A DNA stretch of 64,000 nt, taken from the NCBI GenBank assembly GCA_012840465.1, contig DULJ01000061.1, positions 30,331-94,330 on the forward strand, in the 5' to 3' direction. A program made the position numbers and the translations under genes. Of the stretch, positions 1 through 8,736 are shown in pieces. The DNA is from Bacillales bacterium (GTDB lineage Bacteria > Bacillota > Bacilli > Bacillales > Bacillaceae_J). The notes beneath the pieces are model-generated. The model was not told the origin of the DNA and made no database searches. It saw only the letters and a list, made by a program, of their open reading frames with translations. Numbering within the stretch: the first letter of the stretch is position 1; every line of letters starts with the position of its first letter.

Positions 1-33
1 AATAGAGTTAAAAAGACAAGGTGTTGGTTAAAA

Positions 34-705
34 ATGTTACTCCTTTTAGCAGAAGATGATAAACGATTGGGGAATCTAGTTGTTCATATGTTAAAAAAGG
101 AAAAACATCAAGTAGACTGGGTTCAAAATGGGGAAGATGCCCTCCTTTTTGCGAAAAATTCCAATTATGATTTGATCATTTTAGATTGGATGATGCCGAA
201 AAAGGATGGGATTACGGTTTGTAAAGAGCTGCGTTCATACGGATATGATGGGGCGATTCTAATGGTAACTGCAAAGGACGGATTGGAAGACCGTGTAAAA
301 GGGCTTGATTACGGTGCCGACGATTACATTGTTAAACCATTTGAATTTGCGGAGTTGTTTGCGAGAATCCGTGCTTTGCAGCGGAGAATTTCTAAACCAT
401 TGGTACAAGACGAAATTCTAACAGTTGGATCCATTCAGTTAAATGTTGTCACCCATATAGTTGAGAAGGATGGCCAGGAAATTCAATTGACTCCAAAAGA
501 ATACCAACTATTAGAACTATTTTTACGTAACCCAAACCAAACCCTACCTAGAGAGTTGTTGATCGATCGAATTTGGGGCTATGATGCTGAAGTAAATAGC
601 AATAATTTAGATGCTCTAGTACGTTTATTAAGAAAAAAAATTGAAGATGATGGCTCTCACCTCATTCATAATATCAGGGGAGTAGGTTATAAAATTGAAA
701 AATAA
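34..705 (+). CDS. OmpR/PhoB-family two-component response regulator
   Basis: N-terminal receiver motifs (LLLAEDD, DLIILDWMMPKKDG, VTAK, KPF). C-terminal winged-helix output domain (LTPKEYQLLELF, RGVGYK). Overlaps the downstream kinase gene by 11 nt. Confidence 0.9.
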   Translation: MLLLLAEDDKRLGNLVVHMLKKEKHQVDWVQNGEDALLFAKNSNYDLIILDWMMPKKDGITVCKELRSYGYDGAILMVTAKDGLEDRVKGLDYGADDYIVKPFEFAELFARIRALQRRISKPLVQDEILTVGSIQLNVVTHIVEKDGQEIQLTPKEYQLLELFLRNPNQTLPRELLIDRIWGYDAEVNSNNLDALVRLLRKKIEDDGSHLIHNIRGVGYKIEK

Positions 706-2011
706 ACTGTTTAACCACACCCAATGGCGATTAACTCTATTATTTACGAGTTTTCTCATTATTTTTCTGATTTCATTTATTTTAATCACCTATTTTTCAT
801 TGCTTTCTATTGTGACAAGTGACCAAAAAGAGAAAACAATTGCCTTAGCACATAAGGAAATGAAAGACCATCGTGAGGATTTATATGAATGGTATTTTAA
901 AAAGAAAGAAAAAAGGCATGATAAAGAAGATGTGATTGAATATAAACCGAAAGCAAGAACATTTTATTTTGTTATATCAAGAGACGGGACTTTAATTGAC
1001 GGGGATGAAAACAATCCGGCGATTCGATCTGAAATTTTATCTCAAATCAAGAACTGGCAGCCCAAAGAGGATGAAGTAAAAAAGATACGTGTTTATTTGG
1101 AAGATGGATCAAAAGAAGATTTACTTCTAACTGGCAGCCCCATCTTTGAACACGGTAGTTATTTAGGCTCTATTTATGCAGGTACCAATATATCAGAAGA
1201 GGCAGAAGTCATACAAACACTTCTATTCATATTAATCGTTCTATCAATTATCTTTATTGCCGCCTCCGCCTTACTAGGCTATTGGATGGCGGGAAGAGCG
1301 ATGGTGCCAATATCCAACGCCTTTAAAAGACAAAAAGAATTTACTGCAGATGCTTCCCATGAATTAAGGACACCGCTTAGTATTTTACAATCTTCACTGG
1401 AGGTAATTGAGGCAGAAGATCGTGAAAATCTATCACCATTTTCTGTTACGGTGTTGGAAGATTTAAAAGATGAAGTCAAACGAATGACACATCTCGTTAA
1501 TGATTTATTGCTCCTAGCCCGTTCCGATCTTAGCAAAGAACAAATTAACAAAGACTGGTTTTCGATAACAAGCGTTCTTGAAAAATTACAACGAAAATTT
1601 CAGTATGAAGCCGAAAAGGCTGGTGTTCATTTGAGTGCTGAACTTGAAAACGAAGTAATGGTCTTTGGTGATCAGGAAAAAATAACACAATTGCTGTTTA
1701 TCTTAGTGGATAATGCCATTAAATATAATGTACCGGGGGGAGATGTCCTAATCTCGTCAGTAAAGGAAAATAATCAAATTAGGATTGATGTTAAGGATAC
1801 AGGTGTAGGCATTCCGTTAGAACATCAAAAAAGAATATTTGATCGTTTTTATAGGGTAGACCAAGCAAGGTCAAGGGATAAAGGAAGCAGTGGAATTGGA
1901 TTGTCGATTGCTAATTGGATTGTGCAAGTTCATAATGGCAAATTGGAAGTAAAAAGCGGTGAAGAAGGAAAAGGGACGACATTCTCTATTCTTCTCCCAT
2001 TGACAAAATAG
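695..2011 (+). CDS. Sensor histidine kinase (HisKA + HATPase_c)
   Basis: Two TM segments flank an extracytoplasmic loop. H-box SHELRTPL and N/G boxes (DNAIKYN, DTGVGIP, GSSGIGLSIA). Translationally coupled to the regulator. Confidence 0.9.
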   Translation: MKNKLFNHTQWRLTLLFTSFLIIFLISFILITYFSLLSIVTSDQKEKTIALAHKEMKDHREDLYEWYFKKKEKRHDKEDVIEYKPKARTFYFVISRDGTLIDGDENNPAIRSEILSQIKNWQPKEDEVKKIRVYLEDGSKEDLLLTGSPIFEHGSYLGSIYAGTNISEEAEVIQTLLFILIVLSIIFIAASALLGYWMAGRAMVPISNAFKRQKEFTADASHELRTPLSILQSSLEVIEAEDRENLSPFSVTVLEDLKDEVKRMTHLVNDLLLLARSDLSKEQINKDWFSITSVLEKLQRKFQYEAEKAGVHLSAELENEVMVFGDQEKITQLLFILVDNAIKYNVPGGDVLISSVKENNQIRIDVKDTGVGIPLEHQKRIFDRFYRVDQARSRDKGSSGIGLSIANWIVQVHNGKLEVKSGEEGKGTTFSILLPLTK

Positions 2012-2031
2012 AAAAGGAGAAATGAATTAAA

Positions 2032-2607
2032 ATGAACGTTAAGACTAAAAAAATAGTGGGCAGCATTCTTGCAATATTGCTTTTGTTTATCCTATCATTT
2101 GTTGCCCAGCCAAGCTTTGCTGATGACGATGATGATCATCATAAATATCGCGAAGGTGAATCCTACAACGGCCATTATGATAAACATGATGAAAATGAAG
2201 TCCTAAAAGAAGGCGGAGAAGTATTGGGCTGGGGTACGGTGATTGCCATCGCTGGTGCAGGGGCATTAATGCCATTAAGAAGAGGTTCCCGACGTTTAAT
2301 TAAGAAATTTCCCAATGCTAAAAGCGGGATTATTTCTGCTTTAAAAATATTAGGTAAATCGCATATTTGGATCGGGGCGTTAGCCATTATATTAAGCACG
2401 ATCCATGGGATAATAATGTATATCAATGAAAGGGAATTCGAATTTGATGAAATTTCAGGGATGATTTCTGTTGGACTTATGGCCATTGCCGCTATCTTCG
2501 GTGTCCTCTTGATGAAAAATAAAGGAAGCAAACAATATCGTTCGCTTCATTTTGGCTTTATGATTGTAGCGGTCATCATTGGCGCAGCTCACGTGTTAAT
2601 TTCATAA
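2032..2607 (+). CDS. Small membrane protein with signal peptide, Asp/His-rich ectodomain and two TM HX13H motifs (possible heme-b binding)
   Basis: RBS AAGGAG lies upstream. N-terminal signal-like segment ends in SFA, followed by DDDDDHH. TM helices contain HIWIGALAIILSTIH and HFGFMIVAVIIGAAH. The gene follows the two-component system directly. Confidence 0.6.
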   Translation: MNVKTKKIVGSILAILLLFILSFVAQPSFADDDDDHHKYREGESYNGHYDKHDENEVLKEGGEVLGWGTVIAIAGAGALMPLRRGSRRLIKKFPNAKSGIISALKILGKSHIWIGALAIILSTIHGIIMYINEREFEFDEISGMISVGLMAIAAIFGVLLMKNKGSKQYRSLHFGFMIVAVIIGAAHVLIS

Positions 2608-2632
2608 TTGCCAGTGAATGGGAAATGGTATA

Positions 2633-2685
2633 TGATATCAATAGGATAGTTTTAAGATAGTAATTAGGTATCAATTTGATATCAG
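2633..2685. promoter_or_regulatory. Two copies of the 8-bp palindrome TGATATCA upstream of a small RHH-like ORF (candidate operator)
   Basis: TGATATCA occurs at 2633..2640 and 2678..2685 in the intergenic region just before the 2708 ORF. Confidence 0.25.
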
Positions 2686-2707
2686 TATCATAGCTGAAGG
2701 GCGTGTA

Positions 2708-2908
2708 ATGAAAATGACTGATCAAACAAGGGTTCAACTGAATTTAAGAGTGCCAATTGAAACGGTTCAAATGCTGGATGACATCGTTGAATTTTATCAA
2801 AAAAATACGAAATTTGGCAGGGTCTATAAAGGAGATGTGCTGGCAGACATTATTGAAAAAGCGCATGCTGCTATGGTCAAACAAAGCCATTATTCTAAGC
2901 AATATTAA
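2708..2908 (+). CDS. Small hypothetical protein, possibly a ribbon-helix-helix DNA-binding protein
   Basis: 66-aa ORF whose N-terminus (RVQLNLRVPIETVQMLDDIV) resembles an RHH beta-strand plus helix. A strong terminator follows. Confidence 0.45.
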   Translation: MKMTDQTRVQLNLRVPIETVQMLDDIVEFYQKNTKFGRVYKGDVLADIIEKAHAAMVKQSHYSKQY

Positions 2909-2923
2909 AAATGTATTAATTAT

Positions 2924-2954
2924 AGATGTAATGATAATCATTACATCTTTTTTA
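2924..2954 (+). terminator. Rho-independent terminator
   Basis: Hairpin AGATGTAATGA / TCATTACATCT followed by TTTTTT. Confidence 0.75.
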
Positions 2955-3024
2955 AGTTTCTAAATAAATAAGTTTACAAATGTGGGGGTAGATTTTATAG
3001 TATTCCTTATAACAGTTTCAACTG

Positions 3025-4272
3025 TTGGAAAGGGTGCTGTCAGTGGAAAATGAAGCAAGCGAACGAATATTCACAAAAAACTTTGTCTTATTATTTTTAA
3101 CGAATTTCTTCCTTTTTATAGTCTATTATTCATTCATTACTGCTTTACCAATCTATGTATTAGATGAATTGAAAGGCAGTGAAGCGCAGGCTGGGTTAGT
3201 TGTGACTATGTTGTTAATTTCAGCTATCATAGTTAGGCCTTTTTCCGGAAAAATATTGGAGCTGTTCGGAAGAAAAGAAACACTTATAGTGAGTTTGATT
3301 TTTTATATGATCGGGACAATTATGCACTTTTGGATCATTAACTTTTTTGCTTTAATGGCTCTTCGTTTTTTCCATGGCATTTGGTTCAGTATGATTACAA
3401 CAGCTACTTATGCGATCGCAGCGGATATCGTTCCTGAGCATAGGCGAGGGGAAGGTTTAGGCTATTTTACAATGTCCATGAATATAGCCATCGTTGCTGG
3501 TCCCTTTATTACGATAGCTCTTTTAGGACATGCGGCAAGTTTCCAAACCTTATTCATTTTACTAACTGTGTTATCGGTTGGCACGGTTTTCATAACAGCA
3601 TTCATACGGGTTCCGAAGCTTGAAATCCATCGATTACATAGTAATTTTAAATTTAGTATGAATGACTTGTTTGAAAAAAAGGCAATTCCAATTGCAATCA
3701 TGGCTCTATTACTTACTTTTGCTTATTCCAGTATACTTTCTTATATAACGATCTTTGCAAAATCTCTTGGTTTATTAGAAGCTGTTAGTTATTTCTTTAT
3801 CGTTTTTGCAACTTCCATGCTTATTGCGCGACCATTTGTTGGTCGGTTATTCGATATGAAAGGTCCAGCCATCGTTATTTATCCGTTAATTATTGTATTT
3901 TCTATCGGTTTATTATTATTAACGATTACGAAATCGGCCTTACTGCTGATCATTTCTGCAGTTTTCATTGGAATTGGTTATGGTAGTCTAGGTCCATGCC
4001 TTCAAACTTTAGCTGTTCAATTCGCTGGGAAAAACAGAAGCGGGCATGCAACCGCTACTTATTTAACTTTTTTCGATATTGGCATAGCTGTAGGGTCCTG
4101 CGTATTAGGGCTCATTGTGAGTCATTTTAGCTATTCAGGATTATTTTTATTTGCAGGTATTGTTGCGTTATCGATGCTCATCCTTTTTAAACCAGTGTAC
4201 ATTCGATCCCAAGCTTTAGTGGAAAAATCCTTTAATGAAACAGCAGTTCTTTTAGAAATGAAAATGAAATAA
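3025..4272 (+). CDS. MFS transporter (12 TM)
   Basis: Hydrophobic profile with an MFS-type loop motif (RPFSGKILELFGRK). The true start may be GTG at 3043, about 7 nt after GGAAAGGG. Confidence 0.85.
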   Translation: MERVLSVENEASERIFTKNFVLLFLTNFFLFIVYYSFITALPIYVLDELKGSEAQAGLVVTMLLISAIIVRPFSGKILELFGRKETLIVSLIFYMIGTIMHFWIINFFALMALRFFHGIWFSMITTATYAIAADIVPEHRRGEGLGYFTMSMNIAIVAGPFITIALLGHAASFQTLFILLTVLSVGTVFITAFIRVPKLEIHRLHSNFKFSMNDLFEKKAIPIAIMALLLTFAYSSILSYITIFAKSLGLLEAVSYFFIVFATSMLIARPFVGRLFDMKGPAIVIYPLIIVFSIGLLLLTITKSALLLIISAVFIGIGYGSLGPCLQTLAVQFAGKNRSGHATATYLTFFDIGIAVGSCVLGLIVSHFSYSGLFLFAGIVALSMLILFKPVYIRSQALVEKSFNETAVLLEMKMK

Positions 4273-4295
4273 AAGAAAACAGATTCATAGAATAT

Positions 4296-4341
4296 AAGGT
4301 TGTTTAAAATGTGAAATAGTCACGTTTGACAACCTTTTTTG
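4296..4341 (+). terminator. Rho-independent terminator
   Basis: AAGGTTGT ... ACAACCTT followed by TTTTGTTTT. Confidence 0.6.
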
Positions 4342-4426
4342 TTTTCAAACGGTATAATAGGTTAAGATAAGTAAGAAATAATTAATCCATTCATTTATTT
4401 AACATTATTTTGTAGGAGAAAAGTCA

Positions 4427-5215
4427 ATGATTAAGATGATAATAAGTGATTTAGATGGAACGCTGCTAAGTTTTGATAATAAGGTTCATGATGATGATAT
4501 TAACGCCATTCATGCCGCCATAGAGCATGGCATTGATTTCTGTTTAGCTTCAGGACGAAAGGATCTTGATATACAAGCAGTGGCTAAAATAATTGGAGGC
4601 AGTAAATTTCATCGCATTAGCCAAAATGGAGCTTTTGTCTTTTCTAGTGATGATTTGGAGCTTCATCGGACTTCTTTTGAACCGGCGATGGCACTAAAAT
4701 TGTATGAACGAATAATCGGTGAAGACGTCATTACAATTTTATCAACGATGGATAAGGAATATGTTGAAGTAAAAGATGAAGTAATCCGTAAAATTGAAGA
4801 AAGGCTTTTCAGCCCGATTGAAGAAGAAAAAGAATTGAAAGCAAAGATAGGAAAATCAATACATACATCGAAAATAATAATAAATGGTGCCGAAAATACA
4901 ATTAGACAATTACAAAAGAAATTAATAGATACTTTTCCAAATGAATTAGACACCTTTATTTCAGAGTCCAAAATACTAGATGTATTGCCTAAAAATATTA
5001 GTAAGGGAAATGCGATTAAAATTCTAATGGAAAACGTAGGTTTATCACCCGATGAGATTGCCTGCATTGGGGATTCCTATAATGACATTCCTATGTTCCA
5101 ATTAACAAAAAATAGCTTTGCAATGTCTTCAGCACATCCTGATGTAAAAAAAGAAGCGAATTTCGTTGTAGAAACTGTAGCTGAAGCGATTGAACAAATA
5201 CTAAAATATGTATAG
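4427..5215 (+). CDS. Cof-type HAD-IIB phosphatase
   Basis: Motif I ISDLDGTLL, ASGR, and the C-terminal GDSYNDIPMF motif. Confidence 0.85.
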   Translation: MIKMIISDLDGTLLSFDNKVHDDDINAIHAAIEHGIDFCLASGRKDLDIQAVAKIIGGSKFHRISQNGAFVFSSDDLELHRTSFEPAMALKLYERIIGEDVITILSTMDKEYVEVKDEVIRKIEERLFSPIEEEKELKAKIGKSIHTSKIIINGAENTIRQLQKKLIDTFPNELDTFISESKILDVLPKNISKGNAIKILMENVGLSPDEIACIGDSYNDIPMFQLTKNSFAMSSAHPDVKKEANFVVETVAEAIEQILKYV

Positions 5216-5239
5216 GGAGAGGCGAATAATGCCTCTCCC
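5215..5239. terminator. Hairpin between convergent genes (weak bidirectional terminator)
   Basis: GGGAGAGGC-gaataat-GCCTCTCCC. The T-tracts are poor on both sides. Confidence 0.45.
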
Positions 5240-5247
5240 TAACTATT

Positions 5248-6021
5248 TTACGAAACTTTATACTGTGTTGTTGCTTCTGCAACAGTTTCTTTAATAAAGT
5301 TTGCTGTTTGATTAACAATAGTAAATTTATCAAAATCCATGGTGGCAACATGATATGAATTCGTTAATCCGACAATTTGTTTGGACCATGATGAAACATT
5401 ATGATAAACGTAGTCTGTACTTTCAGCTGGGACTACATGATCATCTAAAGATTTAAATAGTAGAAGAGGACTTGTTATATGTGAAAGACTGTCTTTGCCA
5501 AGATCAATAAGACCGAACAGCTGCTTAATTGCATGAACAGGTATGGAAGGGTAAGTAATTTCGATTACACTGTCATCCTTAATATCAGGTTTTCCCTCAT
5601 GAACGTACTTTAGGTCATCTTCATCTTTATATAGCTCATATCCTGGGACAGAAAAGGCCGCATTAATTGTAATAATACCAGCTGGATTTACTTTGTTAGC
5701 TAAAATTAGCGATAAAACTCCTCCCATTGACTGCCCGGCAATAAAAACATGGGAACAAATTGAGTTTAGTTTGTAGTAGGCTTGTTCAAGTTCTGTGAGC
5801 CAATCATGAAAGGTAGTTCCTTCGAGCTCATTGGAATGCGTCCCATGACCTTTTAAGCGTGGGGCATAGACAGTAAACCCTTTTTCTGCAAGCTGATTTC
5901 CAACGAATTTTATACTTTGTGGCGTCCCAACAAAGCCGTGAATTAATAATATTCCAATATCATTTCCTTTTATGTAAAAGGATTCTGCACCTGGGATTAC
6001 TTCATATTTAGTCATTGTCAT
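5248..6021 (-). CDS. Alpha/beta-hydrolase carboxylesterase (Est/YvaK-like)
   Basis: HGFVGTP oxyanion region, nucleophile elbow GQSMGG, C-terminal His (SYHVAT). I place the start at ATG 6021 (MTMTKYEV) behind GGAGAG. The 30-codon upstream extension in the ORF track runs through a terminator hairpin. Confidence 0.85.
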   Translation of the reverse strand: MTMTKYEVIPGAESFYIKGNDIGILLIHGFVGTPQSIKFVGNQLAEKGFTVYAPRLKGHGTHSNELEGTTFHDWLTELEQAYYKLNSICSHVFIAGQSMGGVLSLILANKVNPAGIITINAAFSVPGYELYKDEDDLKYVHEGKPDIKDDSVIEITYPSIPVHAIKQLFGLIDLGKDSLSHITSPLLLFKSLDDHVVPAESTDYVYHNVSSWSKQIVGLTNSYHVATMDFDKFTIVNQTANFIKETVAEATTQYKVS

Positions 6022-6055
6022 TATGATCTCTCCATTTCTAAAATAATTTGGACTT

Positions 6056-6200
6056 AAAAACTCCTTCTGCTCGTTGCAAAAGGAGTTTTTATACACACTT
6101 TTATCAACCAAAGCAGGGCTTTGTTGGTAGGAGCACCTTTCCCGGTAGGGGAGGTTGCTGTGAAGTCATTGAGCCAATTCTCTCGTTCACTCTTGATAAT
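6056..6200 (-). promoter_or_regulatory. SAM-I (S-box) riboswitch with terminator expression platform
   Basis: The minus strand reads AUUAUCAAGAG-UGAAC-GAGAGAAUUGGCUCAAUGA-CUUCAC-AGCAACC-UCCCcuacCGGGAAAGGUGCU..CAAAGCccuGCUUUG-GUUGAUAA. This fits the S-box core (UUAUCAAGAG, kink-turn GA..AUGA, GCAACC, GGUGC, P1 closing UUGAUAA). It is followed by AAAAACUCCUU-13 nt-AAGGAGUUUUU. Confidence 0.65.
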
Positions 6201-6239
6201 CACCTATTCAATTTTCCCGATAAGATTACTATGTTTTAA

Positions 6240-6268
6240 ATATTATCATTTCTTTTTCAATTTGTAAA
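6240..6268 (-). promoter_or_regulatory. Sigma-A-type promoter for the riboswitch-esterase transcript
   Basis: Minus strand TTTACA (6268..6263), 17-nt spacer, TAATAT (6245..6240). Confidence 0.4.
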
Positions 6269-6273
6269 TATCT

Positions 6274-6312
6274 AAAAATAAAAAGGGCACCTTATAATTT
6301 AAAGTGCCCTTT
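6274..6312 (-). terminator. Rho-independent terminator (minus strand)
   Basis: Minus strand AAAGGGCAC-loop-GTGCCCTTT followed by TTATTTTT. Confidence 0.75.
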
Positions 6313-6404
6313 CTCGCATTGAGGCGATTGACTGCATGCCACATTCATGCATTCCCTAAAAGGACGTGTCAATCGGCTTACACAATTCAGCTCATCGCAA
6401 AAAG
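6274..6404 (-). ncRNA. Candidate small RNA (stand-alone promoter-to-terminator unit, about 125 nt)
   Basis: A strong minus-strand promoter sits at 6406..6435 and an intrinsic terminator at 6274..6312. The interior has nested stems CGATTGAC/GTCAATCG and TGCATG/CATGCA. No RBS-preceded ORF is present. Confidence 0.35.
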
Positions 6405-6405
6405 T

Positions 6406-6435
6406 ATTATACCATGTTATTCATATAGATTGCAA
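6406..6435 (-). promoter_or_regulatory. Extended -10 sigma-A promoter (minus strand)
   Basis: Minus strand TTGCAA (6435..6430), 18-nt spacer, TGgTATAAT (6414..6406). Confidence 0.5.
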
Positions 6436-6544
6436 CTTTAAAAAAATTTTCATAAAAGTCTGTTATCCTTCGCATTTTAGATTTACAATAGAAAGTGAAT
6501 TTATTTTTAATATGACTTTTTTATCGTACAAGGAGATGACACAG

Positions 6545-7618
6545 ATGCTTGATCAAACCATCAAAGTTGATTTAAGCTCGACTAAAAAACCAAAACCAGA
6601 TGCTGATAAATTGCAATTTGGTAAATTATTTACGGATCATATGTTTATTATGAATTATAAAGAAGGAAAAGGCTGGCATGATCCTCGAATCGTACCCTAT
6701 CAGCCGCTTACATTGGAACCTTCATGCGTTGTTTTTCATTATGGACAAACGGTCTTTGAAGGAATGAAAGCTTATGTCACGAAAGACGGTGAGGTTCAAT
6801 TATTTAGACCAAATAAGAACTTCGAGAGATTAAACCGTTCAAATGACAGATTAGTAATACCGCGAATTGATGAGGAATTTGCTTTAGAGGCATTAAAGCA
6901 GCTAGTTTCAATTGATAAAGACTGGGTTCCAAATGCGGGAGGAACATCCCTATATATTCGTCCATTCATCATTGCAACACAACCTTATCTAGGCGTTGCA
7001 CCATCATCAGAGTATATGTTTATTATTATCATGTCACCAGTAGGTGCTTATTATAAAGAAGGCTTAAACCCTGTCAAAATCCAAGTAGAAGATGAGTATG
7101 TTCGAACAGTCAAAGGTGGTACAGGTGAAGCAAAAACAGGTGGAAATTATGCAGCAAGCTTAAAGGCTCAAGAAATTTCCGGTGAAAAAGGATATTCCCA
7201 GGTTTTATGGCTGGACGGAAAAGAACATAAATACGTTGAAGAAGTGGGCAGTATGAACATGTTCTTCAAAATTGATGGCAAAGTCATCACACCGGCGTTG
7301 AATGGAAGTATTCTCCCAGGTATTACAAGGGACTCCATTATTCAACTTTTAAAATACTGGAATGTACCGGTAGAAGAACGTCGGATTTCTATTGAAGAGA
7401 TTTATGAGGCAGCTGCACATGGAAAGCTAGAGGAAGCGTTCGGAACAGGAACAGCTGCTGTTATTTCACCTGTTGGAGAATTTTTGTGGAAAAATGAAAA
7501 AGTTATTCTTAACGATGGAAAAACAGGCGAAATTTCCAAAAAGCTATACGATACGTTAACAGGTATCCAATATGGAACAGAACCAGATCCATTCGGTTGG
7601 ACTGTAAAAGTGGAATAG
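6545..7618 (+). CDS. ilvE: Branched-chain amino acid aminotransferase (class IV PLP enzyme)
   Basis: BCAT-type sequence (FGKLFTDHMF, EGMKAY, GTGEAKTGGNY, GITRDS). AAGGAG at 6530..6535 supports a start at ATG 6545, or 6536. The upstream part of the track ORF (6347..) is non-coding. Confidence 0.9.
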   Translation: MLDQTIKVDLSSTKKPKPDADKLQFGKLFTDHMFIMNYKEGKGWHDPRIVPYQPLTLEPSCVVFHYGQTVFEGMKAYVTKDGEVQLFRPNKNFERLNRSNDRLVIPRIDEEFALEALKQLVSIDKDWVPNAGGTSLYIRPFIIATQPYLGVAPSSEYMFIIIMSPVGAYYKEGLNPVKIQVEDEYVRTVKGGTGEAKTGGNYAASLKAQEISGEKGYSQVLWLDGKEHKYVEEVGSMNMFFKIDGKVITPALNGSILPGITRDSIIQLLKYWNVPVEERRISIEEIYEAAAHGKLEEAFGTGTAAVISPVGEFLWKNEKVILNDGKTGEISKKLYDTLTGIQYGTEPDPFGWTVKVE

Positions 7619-7627
7619 TCATGAATT

Positions 7628-7657
7628 AAAAGGAGCTGACAGGCGTCAGCTCCTTTT
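7628..7657. terminator. Bidirectional rho-independent terminator
   Basis: AAAAGGAGCTGAC-aggc-GTCAGCTCCTTTT between convergent genes. Confidence 0.8.
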
Positions 7658-7695
7658 AAATGTTAAGAGTAAGAGTATATGGCGCTTACGCTTTT

Positions 7696-8064
7696 CTAAT
7701 ATCCAACCTCAACAGCAGCAATAACGATGTACATTTGATCGTTTTTGTCGCCTTTTTCCTCTAAAACAATCCCGCTTGTTGTAAGCATGCCACCATCAAC
7801 AACTTCAACTGTTACTTTTCCGAAAGGTAGAGCTGCTTTAACGGCTTCAATGTCAAGGTTTTCTTTGTCACAAGGAACAGCGAGTCTTACATTGACGCAC
7901 ATATTGTCCAAGCTATTATTCGGCAATACAGAACGAATGCCAGGCATTGAATTATAATGGATCGCATTTTTTACAGCACGTACTGCGGCACGGGTAATAT
8001 CTTGACCATGAACATCAATACCCATCCCTGTTTCAATAAACATCATTTTTTCCAAAACTATCAA
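7696..8064 (-). CDS. Lin0512-family conserved hypothetical protein
   Basis: MMFIETGMGIDVHGQDITRAAVRAVKNAI is characteristic of the small Lin0512_fam proteins as I recall them. The start is ambiguous (TTG 8064, TTG 8055 or ATG 8046). Confidence 0.65.
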   Translation of the reverse strand: MIVLEKMMFIETGMGIDVHGQDITRAAVRAVKNAIHYNSMPGIRSVLPNNSLDNMCVNVRLAVPCDKENLDIEAVKAALPFGKVTVEVVDGGMLTTSGIVLEEKGDKNDQMYIVIAAVEVGY

Positions 8065-8211
8065 TCCTTCCTAGTATTTATATATTTATTATAGCATTCA
8101 GACTTAAATGTGAACAAAAATAGTCAAATCTGGATATTCCATTGTGGTTTGTTTAAAATATTCATATAATAAATGATTAGAATTGCTAAGAACTAAGGGG
8201 AGATCACATTT

Positions 8212-8736
8212 ATGAAAAAAATCGTAGCAATTGTTATTGTATTATTCCTAGTTTTAGTAGGGTGGCTATACTATGTTAATTTAACGAATGTCGATGAATT
8301 TAGATTAACAAACTATACGATCATTCAAAAAGATAAGGTAAAAGTAAATGAACCAATGTATTTAAGCTATGATATGCAATACCATGGAAACGCAAAGCCG
8401 GTTATTAAAGAAATTCGGTTTATTAAAACAGATGGATCTTTTTTAACGGCTGATGATGAAGCACTTTCAGTAACTGCATTTGTTGATGAAAAAGGTTCAA
8501 CCCTAGCCAATACAAATGAGGCTATCACTGAAAAAGAGGCAAAAGAATTAAATTTACTAGAAAATTATATACCTGCCGAAAATTATCAAGTAAACCAAAC
8601 GGATCTAAATGTTGTTCTAAAAGTAACAATAAAAGATGAGAATTACAAAAATAATGTAACGGCAATCGAAATTGACTATGAATTGTTAAGATCTAAAGAA
8701 ACCAAACAGATTTTGTTTTCTGGCTTTGTTGAGTAA
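8212..8736 (+). CDS. Membrane-anchored hypothetical protein
   Basis: Good RBS (GGGGAG) and a single N-terminal TM. No recognisable domain. Confidence 0.5.
   Translation: MKKIVAIVIVLFLVLVGWLYYVNLTNVDEFRLTNYTIIQKDKVKVNEPMYLSYDMQYHGNAKPVIKEIRFIKTDGSFLTADDEALSVTAFVDEKGSTLANTNEAITEKEAKELNLLENYIPAENYQVNQTDLNVVLKVTIKDENYKNNVTAIEIDYELLRSKETKQILFSGFVE

Noticed and set aside
1279-1551. Antisense or shadow ORFs listed in the track inside well-supported genes. Examples: 1279..1551(-), 2175..2531(-), 4663..5067(-), 14673..15161(+), 33308..33553(-), 39458..39736(-), 43711..44025(-), 49674..50081(-), 56448..56777(-).
   Set aside because: Each lies wholly inside a longer ORF with clear family motifs on the other strand. 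They lack an RBS and have skewed composition typical of reverse-frame translation of AT-rich genes.
6347-6544. N-terminal 66-codon extension of the aminotransferase ORF in the track (MHSLKGRVNRL...).
   Set aside because: The extension has no RBS. It contains promoter-like sequence, including the divergent sRNA promoter. A good AAGGAG sits before ATG 6536/6545, where BCAT similarity begins.
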